A stretch of DNA of 64,000 nt from a virus, in the IMG/VR virus record IMGVR_UViG_3300012923_000008, positions 7,050 through 71,049 of that record. One strand, written 5' to 3'. The notes under the pieces are model-generated. The model did no database searches and was not told where the DNA came from. It was given only the letters and a program-made list of their open reading frames with translations. The position numbers and the translations under genes are program-made. Positions 27,139 through 37,815 of the stretch are shown here, piece by piece. How positions within the stretch are numbered: position 1 is the stretch's first letter; each line of letters begins with the position of its first letter.

Positions 27139-29262
27139 CTAACACTCTGAGATTTCGAGTACTGTCAATCGCCGGAGGTAATCAGGTCCACGTCTCTTGA
27201 ATTGACGCTCGGCCTCGTTATATGACGTAGCAAACTCCGCGGTGTCACCGTGTAGGTTGTCAATCTCGAAATGTATGCGGAACCAGCGATGGTCGTTCGT
27301 TAATTTCGGGTCAGGGTTCATGTAGGGATGCCTACGGCTAAGAGTATCCCTATTACCCAGGTGATGATACTGATTATCATTGCGTACGCAATTCCTCTTG
27401 CTGGTCGCAAGTCGTCTCGGAGGACTTTCACTTTATTTCTCCCTTGATTAGCCGCAGTCGATGGTCTGGATCGGAAGGACATAGGCGGATTTGGATCACC
27501 TCTAGTTCCTTATCGCCGATCTCTTGTCGGAAGCGGTAGAGGATCTGTTTGACCCGGAGCGATGGGGTTACTGTGCCCTTCTGCTCTTCGTGGATTAGGA
27601 TTTGAATCCCGATTCTTGCTTCTAGGGCTTCCCGGAGAATTTTCTCGGCCTGTTCTCGGAGGATGGTCAAGAGGAAGTTCCTTGTGTCGCATAGATTTCT
27701 CGACACTTAGGACAGTCTGCTCTATTTGCTATTGAGTCAAGTTTAAATCTGATAGTCAGTTGATCATCGTTGGTTTGTATTGTCTGCATTAGGGCTAAAA
27801 GAATTACGTAACCAAGGGGATCAGTGATCACTAGGTCCTTTATCTTTTGTCCACAGAGAGTGGTATTGCCATGGGTTTGAAGATGGGTTGTCATGAGGAA
27901 ACTCCCGGGGAGGGTTCTTTCTTCTCCCACTGTGCGCGTTCGACCTCGATAGCTTCGTGTTCCGTGGGGAATGGGCCGTGGGTTTGCCCGTCACGACCTA
28001 TGAAGTACCAAAGACCGTCGTCCCGCTGAGACACGGACGAATAGTATGGATGCTGGGGTTTCTGTGTGTCGGTCAAGACTGTGATCCTTCTTCTAGTTTT
28101 GTTCCACAATAAGGGCAGAACTTCATTCCTGCGACTACGAGGCAGCCGCCCCCGCAGCAGCCGAGGATATTCCAGCCTTCTCCGTCTTCGTCTTTTTCGA
28201 ACTGGGCAAGTGGTCTCATTGAGAGAGGATAGAGTCCTCTGGCGACCGGGTCTTGGTATTCTCTGGCCTTTTCGGCGAATTCTTTACAGCAGTAGGTCAT
28301 GGTTATTCCTCACTCGTTAGGAGATCGGCGACGGATAGGGAAAGGTTAGAACGAATAGTCTTGTTCTTTACTATCAGTTCTCCTGGGATAGTGTGGTCTA
28401 GCTTGGTGATATCGAGGGAGAAGTATGACAAAACGAATTCCTCTGGGTCTTGTGTAAATTCTTTAAGCATATCGTGTAGTGTTGTGGAGTGACATTCTAT
28501 AGAGTACCACTTTCCTGAGAACCGTTGGTCCATGATAGGTAACATCATGGAAAGTTCTATCTTTCCGTTTTCTTTCGGCCAGATCTGGAGGCGCGGGATT
28601 ACGTGCCAGCCGGAAGAGAAGGCCGGGCGGTGGAGAATGCGCGGTCGGTTTGGATCGTGGAGGTTCATTTACCTTTAAATCCTTGGGCCACCTTTTGAAT
28701 TTCGATGGTGTCGATGGTTACTCGGTATACGATACGGTTTTCATTTATGAGTTCACTGAATTCGTAAGTGTACTTTCCCTGATCGGAGGAGATTCGACAA
28801 ATGGTACCTTCTCCGAGTGTGTCCCAGGAGCCGTGCTTGTTTTGACGTTGAATTCTCATGAAGCTTGTTCCTTAAGTCGAACTTCTACCTTTCGTCGGAC
28901 CTCGACGACGCAGCCGCGAATGTTCGTGGTGAGATTTTCCCCCACCTTATAGCGTCGCTTATAGTTCTTCACGGCGTAACGGAAGAGTTCGGCCTCCTTT
29001 GGGGAGGCCAGTGGGGCGGTCTCGGAGAAGCCAATGATTTGGGCTTGTTCGAGAAGTTCACGGATAGTTTCTAGTGGCCATTGCATGAGAGAATGCCTCT
29101 ATATTTAATAGCTTTTCTGAGGTTCACTTCGCGCCAGTAACGCCATAGACCGACGTAGCGAATACGTTTTGTGCGGACTGGGTAGACTATTAGGAGTTTG
29201 TCTGATAGTTGGAGTTTGTTTTTGTCCCAAATTTCTCTTAATGTATCGTCTATATTTTTCAC
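27139..29262 (-). other. Cluster of about 10 tiny coupled early/middle ORFs
   Basis: ORFs 27139-27321, 27428-27670, 27667-27894, 27891-28076, 28073-28300, 28303-28668, 28665-28859, 28856-29086 and 29071-29262 tile with stop/start overlaps. Confidence 0.6.
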
Positions 29263-29630
29263 AGTTCAAACTCCACCCTTGGACCGCCGGAAGCTCCCAC
29301 GCAGAACTTGGCACGGAGCGGGCCGTCAAGGTGTATGTCTTTGGCGACTTCGCGGGGGATGTAGCCAAGGTGCCAGGATTCGGAAACTATCTGGTCCGTG
29401 TTAAATCCGTAGGATTGGAGACGTTCTTCGACCTCTTGGAGAGAGGTGTTCGTGGTAATAGCATTCCCGTCTACCCAGACGGCGATCGCGTTAGGGTCGT
29501 CGTGAGATGTGCCGGTGTTTTCCCCGTAGGGGTCGCTCATTAGTTCCAGTTCTTGTCCAACGGGAAGGATGGAGAGGATTGCTTTCGCGGGGGGCCGGTA
29601 ATGGGCGCCGACTATTGGGTGGATGGGCAT
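29259..29630 (-). CDS. HIRAN domain protein
   Basis: IVGAHYR, DPY...DPNAIAV and HLGYIPREVA. Confidence 0.85.
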   Translation of the reverse strand: MPIHPIVGAHYRPPAKAILSILPVGQELELMSDPYGENTGTSHDDPNAIAVWVDGNAITTNTSLQEVEERLQSYGFNTDQIVSESWHLGYIPREVAKDIHLDGPLRAKFCVGASGGPRVEFEL

Positions 29631-29954
29631 GGGAAGGGATTCCCCTTTACAGTTTTAGTTCTTGTGTTATTCTTTTTCCTTCTTCCAATTCTAGAAAGAA
29701 GTCCTCGATCGTGGTCTGGATTCTTTGTGCGAGGTCCTTCTTCTCGTCTTCGGTCACTGGAGGTTTTTCGTCTTCAAGGAAACTCTCAGCGAGATCGTAG
29801 CATTTTTGGTCGTAGGCCATTATCAGCCTCCTGTTATTCTTAGAAGGGTCCATCCTGGCCTTGGTCCGAGCTGCATGTAGGCGTCGGATAGGGTTTCTGC
29901 TGTGATGAACCGCATCTGGCCACCACTGCGGAGGAATACATAGGTTTTCATTCC

Positions 29955-30263
29955 CTATTTCTCTCTTTGGAAGAAATTCCGGCCGAAGAGTTGCTTTGGT
30001 TTTGGTTGGAATTTTGCTTCGGCCTTGTCGAGAGTCTCCCGGAGCTGGTCGAAGGCTGGTTTTACTTCTTCTTCGTAGGAATATTCGTAGTTCTGTGTGT
30101 TGGCACAATTGCCGATGAGTTCGATAGCTCTGCCGGCTTGTGAAATTCGCCCGCCACCGTATTTGAGAAATCTTTCGCGTTTCGTTAAGGATTGCTTTTC
30201 GACGAAATCGGGAACGTTGGTCAGGGGGAGGACTTCTTGGATAGGACTGGTCTTTGTTTTCAT
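29955..30263 (-). CDS. Hypothetical protein
   Basis: KRERFLK...R......IELIGNCAN..NYEYS pattern seen in small phage proteins. Confidence 0.6.
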   Translation of the reverse strand: MKTKTSPIQEVLPLTNVPDFVEKQSLTKRERFLKYGGGRISQAGRAIELIGNCANTQNYEYSYEEEVKPAFDQLRETLDKAEAKFQPKPKQLFGRNFFQREK

Positions 30264-30433
30264 CTCTTCGTCTCCAGAGGAGAAAGGGTGGAAAAGAGAG
30301 GCAGTCTATATTCGGGTTGTGTGTACAGACTGCCTCTCTAACTAACTTGGTCTCCGTCTCATAAAGGTATGTTGTTTGTTTTCTCTTTAGGGGGCTTTGT
30401 AGTTTGTTTCCCCCCGCATGGGCGCCTCCATGG

Positions 30434-31198
30434 TTAGAAGGTAGATCCGGGATCACGGTCCGGTAATTCCCGAGCCAGCGATTGCTTCAGGTCTTGGTAT
30501 TCTTTCTTTTGGGAAATATAGGGACTTTTGTCACAAATTTCCAAACGAGAAAGAAGGGAGGAATGGTCTAGGACGCTTGGCCAGTTACGGCAGTCGTGGA
30601 AGCCGAATGGTTGGGGGTTGAATTTGACAGACGTTATTGGGTGTTCGTGGGAGAATTGCTTCGCGAGAGCTTCTGATGCCCACTCGAATACGGGGTGCTG
30701 ACTAGGGTGGTATTCCTGGAGTTCTTTCCTATAGGTTCGGCAAAGAACATCGTCTTCAAGGGTACCGGGCTGGTAGTGCTTTTTAGCGAGCCAACGCATA
30801 AGTTCGGTAGATCTGAGACTGAAGCCGCCGTTACCGACACGGTAGTTCTTGTGCCAGGGCCACAGGGCTCCGATGTAGTCGAAAGAGAGGAACTCGCTTC
30901 TCCAGGCTTTGGGGTTTGTTACCCAGCCGTCCCATTGGATGACGAGGATGTGAGATGTGGTGATGTATTTCGGGGTTTCCCACCAGAGGAATTGATTGTA
31001 AGAGGTGGTAGATGTTATCTCGTCGATCTTTATCGTGTGCCTACGTTCAGAGAACTTTTCCGGGTTGTCGGTGAAGATAATTATGTTCTCAGGGAAGATT
31101 AGATCTAGGGTATCTCTCATAGCCAGGTCTGATAATTCTTCCGCTATTGTGTCGATTAGGACTATGGTGACGTTGGGGAGGGAGAGCTTCTTATTCAT
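30434..31198 (-). CDS. DUF5672 family glycosyltransferase-like protein
   Basis: HILVIQWDG, DYIGA.W, VGNGGFSLRS, EDD and FGFH. Confidence 0.85.
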   Translation of the reverse strand: MNKKLSLPNVTIVLIDTIAEELSDLAMRDTLDLIFPENIIIFTDNPEKFSERRHTIKIDEITSTTSYNQFLWWETPKYITTSHILVIQWDGWVTNPKAWRSEFLSFDYIGALWPWHKNYRVGNGGFSLRSTELMRWLAKKHYQPGTLEDDVLCRTYRKELQEYHPSQHPVFEWASEALAKQFSHEHPITSVKFNPQPFGFHDCRNWPSVLDHSSLLSRLEICDKSPYISQKKEYQDLKQSLARELPDRDPGSTF

Positions 31199-31461
31199 GA
31201 CTGTATGATCTCGTTGAAACCTTCGGAGAAGAAAGCCATTCCTCTTGATGAAAGTTTAGTTTGCAAGTAGACGTTAAATAGCCCTCCGTACACTTTTAAT
31301 TCTATTGGAGCATTCTTTGACCAGCAGGTGATCTCGCCGTTATAAGTCGCTAGGTAGGCCGGGTTGCGACCGTCCTCGAAGGCTATCCGCCATATCTGAT
31401 CTCGGAACGGCATATTGGGAAAAGGAAGTGAGTTTTCTTTGTGGGTTTTTGACATGGGACC

Positions 31462-31509
31462 ATAGTACTCCGTTTAGGTGGGCCGGGTCAAGTGCGGCGA
31501 AGTGTCGCA
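31462..31509 (-). promoter_or_regulatory. Sigma70-type promoter (TTGACC-18-TACTAT) with an adjacent TGCGAC-N5-GCCGCA box; probably leaderless for the ATG at 31455
   Basis: -35 at 31486-91, -10 at 31462-67, box at 31493-31509. Confidence 0.65.
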
Positions 31510-31577
31510 GGGTCGTGGGCCGGTTAGAGAGTAAGGGGTTACTATTTAACCCCTTTCCCTTCTCCTAGTGTAACTTT

Positions 31578-31883
31578 TTAGTTCACCCAGACGATTTGCG
31601 GGGTTTCTTGGGCACCGTCGCTACAAGTCAGGGCACCGCCGAGCTGGTAATTCAGGTCTGTTCCATCGTCCATGTGACGGATGATAATGTTCTGGATGTC
31701 AGTGCGTCCGGTTGGGTATGCGTAGGGGGTGACAACGCCGACGATTTCTACTTTATCACAGACCTTCCCGGCTTGAACGGTGCCGGGTTTAACCTGTCCG
31801 TGGAAGACAGTAGGTTCGGCGGAGAGTGAAAAGGAAACCAGTATAAATGCTGCTGCGTATAGAGTGTATTTCGTGTGTTTCAT
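31578..31883 (-). CDS. Small secreted protein
   Basis: Signal peptide MKHTKYTLYAAAFILVSFSLSA. Confidence 0.55.
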   Translation of the reverse strand: MKHTKYTLYAAAFILVSFSLSAEPTVFHGQVKPGTVQAGKVCDKVEIVGVVTPYAYPTGRTDIQNIIIRHMDDGTDLNYQLGGALTCSDGAQETPQIVWVN

Positions 31884-32196
31884 TTTTGTCCCTCTTGGGC
31901 ATGATTGCCCCACCTGCCCGGTAGGGAGAATATTACCGGGCAGATAAAGAATCATGAAGAATGGGGATTGGAGGTTATTATTCGCATTGGATTTTTGTTC
32001 TTTCTCTTCGGATCTCGCCAGGCGGTGATGGGTTTACTGACGTGGACATTGTTGAGGGAATGGAATAAGGAATCGTTGGGGTGACGATTGCCGCCGGCAC
32101 TTTCTAGTTCAAGAATAATAAAGTTTCGGATCTCGTTGAAACTTGCATGGTTAGGTGGGTCGAATTTGATAAGGACTGTGATCGGTGGACGTTTTC

Positions 32197-34095
32197 TCAT
32201 CTTACGACTCCTTTTAAGATCTGTAGTAGAGTCCGTGGAAGGGTTTCGATGTCTTGTATCCTTTCACACTTATCGACGTAACGGCGGAGAAATGAGACTG
32301 TCCTTTCCGTTCCTATTCCAAGACCTAGAGTTTCTATTCCTAATCTCTTGGCTTTTTTATGGATGGTTTCCATGAGAAGATAATCACTATGTCTTCGGTC
32401 AGCTTTGAGGAAATCGGGGGTTCCGTCGGTGACTAGAAAGATTATTCTTCTGGGTTCGGTTCTATTTAGGATTCTTTCTAGTGCTTTTCCGTAGGCGCAA
32501 CCGAGAGGGGTAGAGCCATAAGTTTCTATTGCGCCGAGTTTAGCTCGGGATTTGGTATAGGGTTCGGAGTAGTCCTTGAAGATGAGAATGTCCATTCCTT
32601 GTAGGCGGCCAATGCCGGGGCCTGAACGGCTTGAATAACGTCCATTGGTCGTGAAGCCGGAAATAGAAAGTTTTATCTCGGGTATTGCACCTAGTGCTTC
32701 TGCGAGAACTATTGCCGCGGATCGGACTAAAATTTCGTTCATAGAGACGCTTAGATCAAGGAGAAGCTCGACAGAGGTGTTAATGAGATTTTTGTCACGC
32801 CGTTCTTTGAAGATAGAGCTTTGACCAAGGGCTGTGATGTGAAGACGTTCCCGGTCTAGGGTTTCGGCATCTTCGAGGCCGCGGAGCCAGGACTTCTTGC
32901 TCTTTGCCTGAAGGTGTATGCGGAACATTTTCTTTAGAGAGAGGATTTGCGGGGCGAGGGAAGCACGAGTGTAAAGGTAGGTTTCCAGGTCTTCTTCACT
33001 CGGGACGAAAATTCTGTCGAGGGAAAGGTCGGCGGGAGGAGAGATAGAGTCACCGGTGTGTGGGGGGGATTGATGAGGAAGAGGATCATGAAAAGAATTA
33101 TAAGACGATATGGCTTCGATGAGGGAGTTTAATAGGTTTTTGACTTCGGTTAGAGTGTTCCATTCTTGGGCGGAAGAAGAGAGGCTTGATGGAGATGGAG
33201 TTTCACTTGGATCTTCGCCCGGCGAGGGAAATGGAAAATTCCCAATGCTATCGGAGTGTTCCGGATTATCGCCGGGTGATAGGTTGGTTTCGTCTAGGGG
33301 AAATTCACTAGGATTAGAACTAGAACTAGTATCTCCATTCCCGGGGTCTCGTTCCTTGTTATCCTCTTCGTTTGCATCGCTTTGCTCCTGGAATAGGGCT
33401 GTTATCTTCTCGGCGAGAACGATACAGTCCGCCGTGGATTGGCAGAGAGGGAGATTTGCCATCTCGATGGCAATTTCTGGGTGGAGAGTTTCTAATTCTC
33501 CCTGAAGTCTCTTCGTGTCGATGTTGCGGTACTTCTTATAGGCTTCTTTGTAAAGGAGGCCCATTATGTCAGGGTTTTGACATTTCTCGATGGGTATTCT
33601 ATCGTCGAGATATTGCGCGAGAGCGTTGAGATACTTCTTGTCGCCGGGGTATTTCCTTATGTCGAGGTTTTCTATCCTTATGTCTTCGAGGACGTTTAAG
33701 ACGTAGGAGAATACTGAATCGTGTTTCTGTTTTATTGTTTTCAGGTAGAGTGGGAGATCGGTGTGGGTCTGGTGTCCCGGCCCCTCGTGGAGGGCATAGC
33801 CGAAGAAGATAGAGAATTGAGATGGGGTTAGGAAGGTCCCGGCGGGTAGGGCGGGGAGTTGGACGAGGGATTCGGTGGTATAGCCTTCATTGCCGCCGAA
33901 ACGGATGGAGAGGTGATGGCCATCGCGGGTGGAGAGGTGGATAACGCGGGTGACTAGTTCTTGAAAGCTGTGAAGTTTCACAGGGGATAATCCTCTTTCT
34001 CTTTCATGTCGGGGTTCCAGGCCATCCCCCACCACATTAGTTTCCAGAGGAGAAACTCTATGAGGGCGGCGAACCAGTTTATTGGACAATACCAC
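32197..34095 (-). CDS. CobT-like protein (HE..H metallopeptidase-like N-terminus plus vWA domain)
   Basis: GYALHE..H, NVLEDIRIE, acidic linker, MIDAS DLSVSM, STP and VTDG.P. Confidence 0.85.
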   Translation of the reverse strand: MVLSNKLVRRPHRVSPLETNVVGDGLEPRHERERGLSPVKLHSFQELVTRVIHLSTRDGHHLSIRFGGNEGYTTESLVQLPALPAGTFLTPSQFSIFFGYALHEGPGHQTHTDLPLYLKTIKQKHDSVFSYVLNVLEDIRIENLDIRKYPGDKKYLNALAQYLDDRIPIEKCQNPDIMGLLYKEAYKKYRNIDTKRLQGELETLHPEIAIEMANLPLCQSTADCIVLAEKITALFQEQSDANEEDNKERDPGNGDTSSSSNPSEFPLDETNLSPGDNPEHSDSIGNFPFPSPGEDPSETPSPSSLSSSAQEWNTLTEVKNLLNSLIEAISSYNSFHDPLPHQSPPHTGDSISPPADLSLDRIFVPSEEDLETYLYTRASLAPQILSLKKMFRIHLQAKSKKSWLRGLEDAETLDRERLHITALGQSSIFKERRDKNLINTSVELLLDLSVSMNEILVRSAAIVLAEALGAIPEIKLSISGFTTNGRYSSRSGPGIGRLQGMDILIFKDYSEPYTKSRAKLGAIETYGSTPLGCAYGKALERILNRTEPRRIIFLVTDGTPDFLKADRRHSDYLLMETIHKKAKRLGIETLGLGIGTERTVSFLRRYVDKCERIQDIETLPRTLLQILKGVVR

Positions 34096-34128
34096 TTGAG
34101 TCCTTGAAACGATGGATGAAGTTTCATT

Positions 34129-35748
34129 CTATTCCTCCTCTAACGTGATGTCTAGTCTATCGAGGAAGGTCTTTACGAGTTCTCTATCGTCGTCATCGAG
34201 CCAGGAGAGGAGGCAAAGAGAAAGGGCCTCTGTGAGTGAGAAGCCTTGCTGTCTTTGTTCGAAGAAGGAGATGAGCTTTCTTGTGGAAAGTGTTATGGCG
34301 AGTTCGCCTCTTGAGAAGGCTTTGCGGACTTCTTCGGCGAGGGAGAGAATTTTATCAAGTTCTATCTCTGGACCATCTACCTCGATGTAGTCATTGAACC
34401 TGTCTAGGAGCATTTCTTCTTCTTTGGTCCGAGGTAAATAGTCCATTATCACACTATAGTCGAATCTATCTAGTGTGGCGGTGTTTTGTACCTCTGTCCC
34501 CGTGAACTGGCCAGTGCTGTCACCTTTCCCGCCGGTGTTGTCGGTAGCGAGGACGCAAAAACCAGGAGAGGCACGAAGGATTTCTCCTGTCTCTGGGATA
34601 AAAAGCTTCCCATTGCGTTCTAGGACTGGGTGGAGAATGGCGGCCAGGTTCGGTGGAAGAAAAGAGAACTCATCGACTAGAAGGGCGAGCCCGTTTCGCA
34701 TTGCCGTGGGTAGTGCCCCGTCTTGAAAATAGGTCTCCCCGTTCTTTAGTTTTATTCCACCGAGGAAGAATTCTCTCGTTATCCCGTCGTGGGGATTGAT
34801 CCGGAATAGGCCGTGGCTTAGCAGGGCACAGACCTGTTCGACGAGCATGGTTTTCCCACACCCGGCCGGGCCGTGGAGGTAGACGTGTCGATCAGTTGTG
34901 AGGGCCTTTCTGACTACCCTACTGGCAAAGGGATCGAAGTAGAATTTGTGATCAATGACGGGTACGAATGGAGAGTGAGTAGCCTCTCTATCTAAATCTA
35001 TTCCAAAGTCTAGCTCCGGCTCTAGTTCTTCTTTCTGTTCCGCCGTGGCGGGGCTCTGTTTTCCGGTACGCCCTGTCGAGCGGGGATTGCTTCGCAGAGC
35101 TTGAAACACTATCTCGTCGGCGGTCTTTTGGACTAGGGAGATGATTTTTTTCTCCACCCCTTCACTGATTTTAAATTCTATTGTTTCGTTTTCTAATGAT
35201 GATTTGATATTCTTGATGATGTCGGGTCTTAATTGGGTAACGACTTGCTGTACTGCGTCAGTGGTTTGGATTCTGATTTCCTCTCTAAAGAAAATGAGTT
35301 TTTTCTCTATCGTTGCATCGACTGTGCGTAATAATTCTTCCACCGGATCTTTTGGGCGAAAGTTTAATGGGACGGTGGGAAATGGATTAGGGAGATTTAC
35401 TTTAGGAATAGCCGAAGCCTTCTCGAAAGCCGAAGCCCTTTCGAAGAGGTTTCTCATTTCGTCGGGGTCGTTTAGGATATTTTCGACATCTAGGGCGTTC
35501 TGAGACCTTCGCCCTTTGGCGAGATTCTTTGGCCGATTTCCTAGTATTACGTCGAAGTAGTTCTTAATGCAATAGCACTTTTCTAATTGTTCGTGGCGGA
35601 GTTGATTTATTTTCTCTTGTGGCATACCTTTGAGGTTGAGCCATTGACATAGGTCAAGGCTGTTTGCGTTTTCGATGAAATGATTTGGGTGTTTTCCTTG
35701 CCAGGGTATCCCGCCGATGCGGTTTTCGAGAGAAAGGAGGTCGGTCAT
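34129..35748 (-). CDS. CobS/MoxR-family AAA+ ATPase with a long N-terminal extension
   Basis: GPAGCGKT, LLVDE, ATDNT.G.GD, ATLDRF and STRKL. Confidence 0.9.
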   Translation of the reverse strand: MTDLLSLENRIGGIPWQGKHPNHFIENANSLDLCQWLNLKGMPQEKINQLRHEQLEKCYCIKNYFDVILGNRPKNLAKGRRSQNALDVENILNDPDEMRNLFERASAFEKASAIPKVNLPNPFPTVPLNFRPKDPVEELLRTVDATIEKKLIFFREEIRIQTTDAVQQVVTQLRPDIIKNIKSSLENETIEFKISEGVEKKIISLVQKTADEIVFQALRSNPRSTGRTGKQSPATAEQKEELEPELDFGIDLDREATHSPFVPVIDHKFYFDPFASRVVRKALTTDRHVYLHGPAGCGKTMLVEQVCALLSHGLFRINPHDGITREFFLGGIKLKNGETYFQDGALPTAMRNGLALLVDEFSFLPPNLAAILHPVLERNGKLFIPETGEILRASPGFCVLATDNTGGKGDSTGQFTGTEVQNTATLDRFDYSVIMDYLPRTKEEEMLLDRFNDYIEVDGPEIELDKILSLAEEVRKAFSRGELAITLSTRKLISFFEQRQQGFSLTEALSLCLLSWLDDDDRELVKTFLDRLDITLEEE

Positions 35749-36514
35749 TTAGAGAGGTCTCCGAAGATGGGGAAAAGGTTTCCTTTTTTCTCTATTCTTC
35801 CGGTTTGAAGAATAGAAGGGTTCCGATAGGAAAGCCGAAGCCCTTTTGGATTTTCCAAGGCTCTAGGAACCAACGCTGGGTAGAAAGGAGGTTTTTCTTA
35901 TCGGTTCTGGCGCGAAATTCCTTTGTGCTACTAGCACAGAGATCGGAGATATGGATGCCCCGTTGTCTTGCGGACTGTTTTGCTTGGTGAAAGGTTTCGG
36001 CCTTGATGATTAGGAGGATCTTGTTCACTGTTAGATCCTCCCCCGCAGTATGTCATGGTAAAGATTTCTCTGTTCGTTATGGACACAGAGGGCATACTTC
36101 ATACAGGCTTTATGCATGTTGGTTGAGATGTTACTTGTGACACAGCGTAGTCGAATGTCTTCCTGAACTTTCACGTCTGGTGTGTCACAGTGTATTCGGT
36201 GTACGAGGAATTTTATACTGTTCCTCGGGAGTTTTGCGTTCCAGCGCTTTCCGTATTCGTAACGGTAATCTGTCATGGAGAGGTCTCCTAGAAAGAGGAA
36301 CTGATCTTGCGAAGTTCCAGGCGTAGCACTGTCGTGCTATTAGCACTCGCGATAGTGCCATTTATATACACCTTTTCGTCTTCTTCATAGAGGATGTCTT
36401 GGTTTACTTTCCAGGTCTCCCTTGTGGCTTCTAGGTCGAAGTAGAGCTTAGGGCCGAAAGGAGTTTTACGCCTTATTGGGATGATCTTGGACATTGGAGA
36501 GATCTCCTTAGGGG

Positions 36515-36544
36515 GTACTTGATACTTTGTACTTGATACTTGAT
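36515..36544. repeat. Short tandem repeat (GTACTTGATACTT x2)
   Basis: Copies at 36515-27 and 36529-41, intergenic. Confidence 0.7.
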
Positions 36545-36867
36545 TAGTCAGGTATACTGGCCTTCGGCCTAAGAGAGTTGGGGATTTCCCTCTAACAGTT
36601 TTGAAAGTCGCTTTGGTGATGTGGTGTAGCGTCTCGCGTCCATTTTGTACACCCGGTCGTCGGGCGCGTTTTCATCGACGCAGAAGATTTCGATCATTGT
36701 GTCGGTCTTGACAGACCAGTCACCTTTTTTATCTATTATGATGGCAACGCGAGGTAACACTGTGTCGTGTACGCTTCTGGTCATTCTCTATTTCCTTCTC
36801 AGTGCGTTGAGGATGAGGATCAGTAGCCAGATTGAGGCTAGGAAGTAGAAGAGGGTGCGCAAGAGAA

Positions 36868-36901
36868 AGGTCTCCGTTTCGCTTAGGTCTCCGTTTCACT
36901 T
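36868..36901. repeat. 17-bp tandem duplication containing an RBS
   Basis: AGGTCTCCGTTTC at 36868 and 36885. Confidence 0.75.
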
Positions 36902-37757
36902 CTATTCCTTTTCTGGAGTTTCTATTATCCCTAAGTTTCCTCTACTGAAGTAGCCATCGGCGGTGTAGCCCCTTATGTATTCCTCTGCTTCGTCTTTGGT
37001 TGCGACTGAGGTTAGTAAGTGTGTTCTACCCTCGTCTTCAGGCAAACACGGATATCGTACTACGATCCAAGACATGGGAGACACCTATTTCCTTTCTTAG
37101 AGGATCTTCTCGACGCTTATGACTAGAGAGTTTGGGTCTCGTTTGCTTCCGAATTTTTCGTCAGCAAACTCTATTCCCTGTCCACGTGTATTTGCACTTG
37201 TATGATGAACCCGTCTGTGTAAGGCCATGTGTTCACGGACTTTGAGCTGAACGAGTAGTTTCGCGTTCTCTCTTTCCTGCTCGACTTTTCTCTCTTCCTG
37301 ATCTCTCAGCCAGGAATTGAGCTCGAGAAGCTCTATACCAATAGTGTCACCCCAGAGATAAGTGTCTTGTGGGAGTTCTATCTTACGTCTACTCCCGTTC
37401 GGAGATCCCATCTCAGCACGGAACTCGTTCGTTTCTGGGTCTAGGAGGATTACTATCTGGGCAGTCGCCCGGGTCATAATTTACACTCCTCAGGAAGTCC
37501 GCCAGGACAGGATGGATACACATCGTCGGAAACATACGCCTTGATGATTTTCTTTGGAACTGTCGTTAAATCCCATATGACAAATTCACCGTATTCTTGT
37601 GCACGTACGATTGCTTGGTTCAGTGTGTTACAACCGTACGCGCGCCGCCAGGTTTTACAATCGTCTACTTGGTACTGGTACTTTTGAGCAGTCGCTCTGG
37701 GCATGGAATTGGTCCTTTTTTCTGGAGGATTTTTTAGAGGATTTTCTAGTTATAGAG

Positions 37758-37815
37758 AGAATACCATAAAGCAAGGGAACTCGTCAATGGGATCGAGGTG
37801 CGACATTTTGTCGCA
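37758..37815 (-). promoter_or_regulatory. Sigma70-type promoter (TTGACG-18-TATTCT, extended TG) with a palindromic TGCGAC-N5-GTCGCA box
   Basis: -35 at 37782-87, -10 at 37758-63, box at 37799-37815. Confidence 0.7.

Larger units (their letters stand above)
35792..37704 (-). other. Cluster of small early genes with repeated GGAGAYC ribosome-binding sites
   Basis: ORFs 35792-36028, 36031-36276, 36288-36494, 36569-36784, 36902-37084, 37097-37477 and 37474-37704. Confidence 0.6.

Noticed and set aside
29647-30456. 269-aa ORF from the track
   Set aside because: It overlaps better-supported small genes (29955..30263, and a gene starting at 29820 with an AGGAGG RBS). Only its 3' end is likely coding.
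36559-36569. GGCC-GAA-GGCC mini-hairpin as an N4-type promoter
   Set aside because: A single short stem that also occurs inside a coding region, and no virion RNA polymerase gene was seen.
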